Shown: piece by piece, positions 43,222-46,192 of the stretch
How positions within the stretch are numbered: position 1 is the first letter of the stretch
How the letters are laid out: every line of letters starts with the position of its first letter
From: a virus
Lineage: Duplodnaviria; Heunggongvirae; Uroviricota; Caudoviricetes
Length of the DNA: 46,192 bases
IMG/VR virus record: IMGVR_UViG_2864804954_000001
Coordinates: 1-46,192 of that record
Direction: 5' to 3' (one strand)
Notes under the pieces: generated by a model
Database searches by the model: none
The model's input: the letters and a program-made list of their open reading frames with translations, nothing else
Told to the model about the DNA's origin: nothing
Translations under genes and position numbers: made by a program

Positions 43222-43557
43222 CTATATGTGTTGCGCCATTGCTCTGAGTTCCTCGAAACCTTGCTGATCGCGTGGGGCATGAAGTTGAGCTTTGGCTGAC
43301 GTTTTGACCACCTCCCCTGTTTCTGCGATTAAGACTTCGTGCATTTGTTTGACGGCTTGCTCTGTCGCTCCGAATCCAGTCCTTAGATTCAATTGCATGG
43401 TGCGCAAGTCGATTTGTGCTTGAATCCGCTCTACGTTGTTGCTGAGAAGCCAAAATGTTCGCAGCGGCATCCGCATTACTGATTCATAGGTTTCCGAGTA
43501 GAAGTACATCACCCGAGTTAATAAGAAGCCAAAATCTATGGCTTCATATTCAGGCAA
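43222..43557 (-). CDS. Tail assembly chaperone, T part (reached by -1 frameshift)
   Basis: Open frame between G and the tape measure gene, in the -1 frame relative to G; no convincing ATG of its own. Confidence 0.75.
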   Translation of the reverse strand: MPEYEAIDFGFLLTRVMYFYSETYESVMRMPLRTFWLLSNNVERIQAQIDLRTMQLNLRTGFGATEQAVKQMHEVLIAETGEVVKTSAKAQLHAPRDQQGFEELRAMAQHI

Positions 43558-43562
43558 TGTAC

Positions 43563-43880
43563 TTAGACGTTTCCCTCAACGTCTTCTGCGCCATCTACAT
43601 CATCTTTTTGGATGTAGTCGGCCATTTGTTGAAGCTGCTCTAAGCTTAGAGATTCGATGTCCAAGCGCGAAGCTGACGGCACGCATTCGGCCAATAGATC
43701 GAGAATCATGTTGATTTCGCGAATAGGGTCTTTTTCGCCCGCCTTCACGTATTCTTCGGCTTCTTGTGTTTTCTTCACAAAAGCACCAACAGAAAGAGGC
43801 ATAACCGTATGTTGGACGCCTTTAATGACGATTGACTTGTTGGTTTTCTTTGCAACTTGATCAAGATTTAATAATTTCAT
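43563..43880 (-). CDS. Tail assembly chaperone, G part
   Basis: 105 aa, between the major tail and tape measure genes; ends in a slippery sequence. Confidence 0.8.
   Translation of the reverse strand: MKLLNLDQVAKKTNKSIVIKGVQHTVMPLSVGAFVKKTQEAEEYVKAGEKDPIREINMILDLLAECVPSASRLDIESLSLEQLQQMADYIQKDDVDGAEDVEGNV
43569..43575 (-). other. Programmed -1 ribosomal frameshift site (G GGA AAC)
   Basis: X XXY YYZ heptamer in the last codons of G; slippage gives ..GKRLSTLPEYEAIDF, entering the T frame. Confidence 0.8.
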
Positions 43881-43932
43881 GTCTCTAACTCTTAAGAAGC
43901 CCCGCGATTGCAGGGCTGTTTGTGTGTCTTTT

Positions 43933-43948
43933 AAGTCACAAGTGACTT
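43933..43948. promoter_or_regulatory. Palindromic motif copy (AAGTCA-CAAG-TGACTT)
   Basis: 53 bp upstream of the G start. Confidence 0.78.
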
Positions 43949-43950
43949 AC

Positions 43951-44484
43951 TTATGCGGCAACAGCAAGCGGATCGCCCACTGAGTACAACACGCCTTTGT
44001 CAGTTGGGTAGCCTTTGAAATCACAGCTGTAGATTCGCTCGTTTTCCAACTCGTAAGCGAAGTCCAACGCACCTGCCGTTGCAGCAAGCGGAACTGTAAA
44101 GTCTTCAGACTTGTCTGACTCGGGTTTGCCGATTGGGTGCAAAACAAGCTCTTTGGCGAAATCAAGCAAAGAAACGCCTACACCCGTTGGAACATCGACG
44201 CGTGCAGTTTTTGCAACTCCGTCAGAGATCAACTTGGCACCAGGCATAACTTTTACAAGGTTTTCGAGAGTGGTTTCGGCTAACGGAACTTTCACGGACA
44301 CTGTACGGCCCATGATAAATTCGTTAATTGGGGTTTGACCGTATTGGTCAACTTGAACTTCGTGTGTTTCAGTGGCAACAGTTACGCTGACACCGCCTTT
44401 GGTAAAGCCTAAATCCTGTCCGCCGAACGAGACTTTACACACACCAAGCTTGACGTTTTTAGCGTCACTGGTAGTTGTTGCCAT
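43951..44484 (-). CDS. Major tail tube protein
   Basis: NVKLGVCKVSFGGQDLGFTKGGVSV...DQYG...VKVPLAETTLENL; position before G/T. Confidence 0.82.
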   Translation of the reverse strand: MATTTSDAKNVKLGVCKVSFGGQDLGFTKGGVSVTVATETHEVQVDQYGQTPINEFIMGRTVSVKVPLAETTLENLVKVMPGAKLISDGVAKTARVDVPTGVGVSLLDFAKELVLHPIGKPESDKSEDFTVPLAATAGALDFAYELENERIYSCDFKGYPTDKGVLYSVGDPLAVAA

Positions 44485-44536
44485 TTAGCATTCTCCTTTG
44501 CATTGGCATTTTTCTGTTAAGTTACGTTGACAATCC

Positions 44537-44552
44537 TAGTCACCCGTGACTT
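44537..44552. promoter_or_regulatory. Palindromic motif copy (TAGTCA-CCCG-TGACTT)
   Basis: 53 bp upstream of the major tail start; on the minus strand it runs into TAGGAT (-10-like). Confidence 0.78.
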
Positions 44553-44579
44553 ACTTTTTGAATTAAATCATATAGGCAT

Positions 44580-45092
44580 TTATTTGTCTACATGGTTCGC
44601 CATGTAATCCTGATGATTAATGAATTTGCGTGCCTTTCGGCTCAATTTCGCTTTAATCTGACCACGATGTTTCAACATGGCGCGGTCAAGGAACTTACCA
44701 CCCACCACCTCGCCGTTGCCCGCTGCAACCGAAGCTACCGACGGCATGATCACGTTTGGTACGCCTGCCCACCCCATGTGTTCATGGACAAGCCAAGCAT
44801 AGCCACCCACCACACCCTCCTTATGCCCTGGCGCGGGTGTCATGGGGTTGATGTAGATTTGGAATGAGCTTTTCCCCTTTACGAATCCCTTTACACCCTT
44901 TTGGGTTGCAGCTGTGCGTCGTACCTGAATGGCTTGCTTGAGACCGCCATATTGAATGGGTGCCATGTTTCGAGCGGTTTGCTGAACCTCTTGGGCAATT
45001 TCTCCCAACTCTTGATCTAGCACGTTAGGGAGCTTTTTAAGTCGCTCTAACTTGAGCTTTACTTCGCGTACCTGTCGCAATCGCAGAGCCAT
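44580..45092 (-). CDS. Tail completion / neck protein (HK97 gp10-like)
   Basis: TARNMAPIQYGGLKQAI...VHEH...GGKFLDRA pattern; position in the head-tail block. Confidence 0.6.
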   Translation of the reverse strand: MALRLRQVREVKLKLERLKKLPNVLDQELGEIAQEVQQTARNMAPIQYGGLKQAIQVRRTAATQKGVKGFVKGKSSFQIYINPMTPAPGHKEGVVGGYAWLVHEHMGWAGVPNVIMPSVASVAAGNGEVVGGKFLDRAMLKHRGQIKAKLSRKARKFINHQDYMANHVDK

Positions 45093-45476
45093 TTAGTTCA
45101 CCTTGTAACATGAGACGTCAAAGTACACGGAGAACTCCAAGAGGTTTCCCTCACTTAGTGGGAAAACGACTGGCTCAGTGCGGGGACGGCAGTAGTTGAA
45201 GTGGTATTGCCAGAGCTTTTCATCGCTGAGCGTCAGGGCTGACGTTAGCTTTTCCATCAATTGCTCGCCTTGTGGGTAGCTTGGCGCACGGACAATCGCT
45301 TGGAATTGGGTTTTGGAATAGCCAGGGAGTTCGTGGTCGATCTCCGTGCCTGTTAGGGAGTTGCGGAGCAGTACCGCAAGTGGCACACCGATGGGAAGCA
45401 TATTGATGTATAGCGTCTTACCCATCGTGCCGACTTTTTTGGTTTGAAGATGCTCCACTAATGGGAGTAGGTTCAC
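45093..45476 (-). CDS. Tail terminator / minor capsid-type protein
   Basis: 127 aa with FQAIVRAPSYPQGEQLMEKL; position in the head-tail block. Confidence 0.55.
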   Translation of the reverse strand: MNLLPLVEHLQTKKVGTMGKTLYINMLPIGVPLAVLLRNSLTGTEIDHELPGYSKTQFQAIVRAPSYPQGEQLMEKLTSALTLSDEKLWQYHFNYCRPRTEPVVFPLSEGNLLEFSVYFDVSCYKVN

Positions 45477-45829
45477 GTTTCCTCCGAATCACTGAAGTAG
45501 GTGCAGCCGAGTTCGTAGTGATCGAGCTTGCCTGCAATGCTATATCGACCATGTTTACTCATAACGCGAAAGCGATCGCCTGCCGCGTCGAGAATTGCGT
45601 CGATTTGTGCTGTGGTACTGGCGCCAATGAGGATTAGCACATCAGCTTCCAGTTCGCGCGCATTTCCTCGGGATGCTGAGGAATCTGCACGCACTGAGGT
45701 TTTGTCGTTGCGTAGGACTTTCTTGACGATGGCACAACGCTCTTTCTTTCGGTTGCCGTATGTGGGCATCCCATAAACGTCGTTACCGTCCTTTTGGCGA
45801 ACTACGCAATCGAGGTTGGGTCTAAACAT
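45473..45829 (-). CDS. Putative head-closure / head-tail joining protein
   Basis: DVYGMPTY... beta-rich 118-aa protein; position in the head-tail block. Confidence 0.5.
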   Translation of the reverse strand: MFRPNLDCVVRQKDGNDVYGMPTYGNRKKERCAIVKKVLRNDKTSVRADSSASRGNARELEADVLILIGASTTAQIDAILDAAGDRFRVMSKHGRYSIAGKLDHYELGCTYFSDSEET

Positions 45830-46190
45830 CGAATCGCTCAGGAAGATTGTTTGAGTTTGGGTGGAACAGTTGATGGCGCACTTCTTGGAACAGGTCGAGC
45901 GTGTAACCGCGATTGCCGGCCGTGAAGAAATGCGCCCCTTCTGCTTTCAATTGCTCGATACGCGCTTCCACCTCACGTTGATAGTGGAAGTCACGCACGA
46001 TGGTTTGGACCAATGCGCTTGGGTCTTTCCAGTTTCGACCCGCAGAATCCACCACCGAGAGGTCAACCGATTGAGCTGCGCGTGCTACAAGATGCCCCAT
46101 TGCTCCATGAGCGTTGTTGCCGAGCATTCGTGCTGCGCCGTTGGCAATGCCAGTGGTGATCGCATTATTACCCTTCTTAATGAGCTGAAC
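45822..46190 (-). CDS. Virion morphogenesis hypothetical protein (5' end outside the window)
   Basis: The frame of ORF 45822-46127 stays open to the window edge (VQLIKKGNNAITTGIANGAARMLG...). Confidence 0.55.
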   Translation of the reverse strand, partial: VQLIKKGNNAITTGIANGAARMLGNNAHGAMGHLVARAAQSVDLSVVDSAGRNWKDPSALVQTIVRDFHYQREVEARIEQLKAEGAHFFTAGNRGYTLDLFQEVRHQLFHPNSNNLPERFDV

Positions 46191-46192
46191 CG

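Noticed and set aside
1-46192. tRNA/rRNA genes, IS elements, pdif sites, DGR or retron, toxin-antitoxin or resistance genes
   Set aside because: No cloverleaf, transposase, XerC/D consensus, reverse transcriptase or recognisable TA/AMR motif was seen by eye; tRNAscan-SE/Infernal would be needed to exclude RNAs formally.

Overview
A 46.2-kb slice of a large temperate phage-plasmid (plasmid-like prophage) with a lambda-type siphovirus tail. The gene set and order resemble the SSU5/pHCM2-related phage-plasmids. The TIGR02594-type endolysin and Rep_3 initiator suggest a Moraxellaceae (Acinetobacter-like) host; this is inference, no search was run. Left to right: CobT-like HExxH/vWA gene (partial), XRE regulator, short tyrosine recombinase with an adjacent 13-6-13 inverted-repeat site, ParA plus partner, guanylate-kinase-like gene, ATP-dependent DNA ligase, six tandem unrelated genes that all end in a Y-x(2-3)-W-[GA]-x-[WF] tail, primase, HNH-like gene, DnaB helicase, an Hfq/Sm-like protein with a G/N/Q/R-rich N-terminus, a conserved unknown, RepA with 22-bp iterons and DnaA boxes, lysis cassette (holin, endolysin, Rz with embedded Rz1), a convergent two-armed receptor-binding/tail-fibre region, a ~3,280-aa central tail fibre (J), tail I/K/L/M, tape measure, G/GT chaperones with a -1 frameshift, major tail and head-tail genes. 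Main unexplained structures: (1) the WGxW-tailed protein array; (2) a 16-bp palindrome WAGTCA-N4-TGACTT at 11 intergenic sites; (3) a 4.2-kb tail-adhesin segment with the layout of an invertible switch; (4) two copies, 15.3 kb apart, of an inverted-repeat/AT-rich-core element; (5) the phage-encoded Hfq-like protein.
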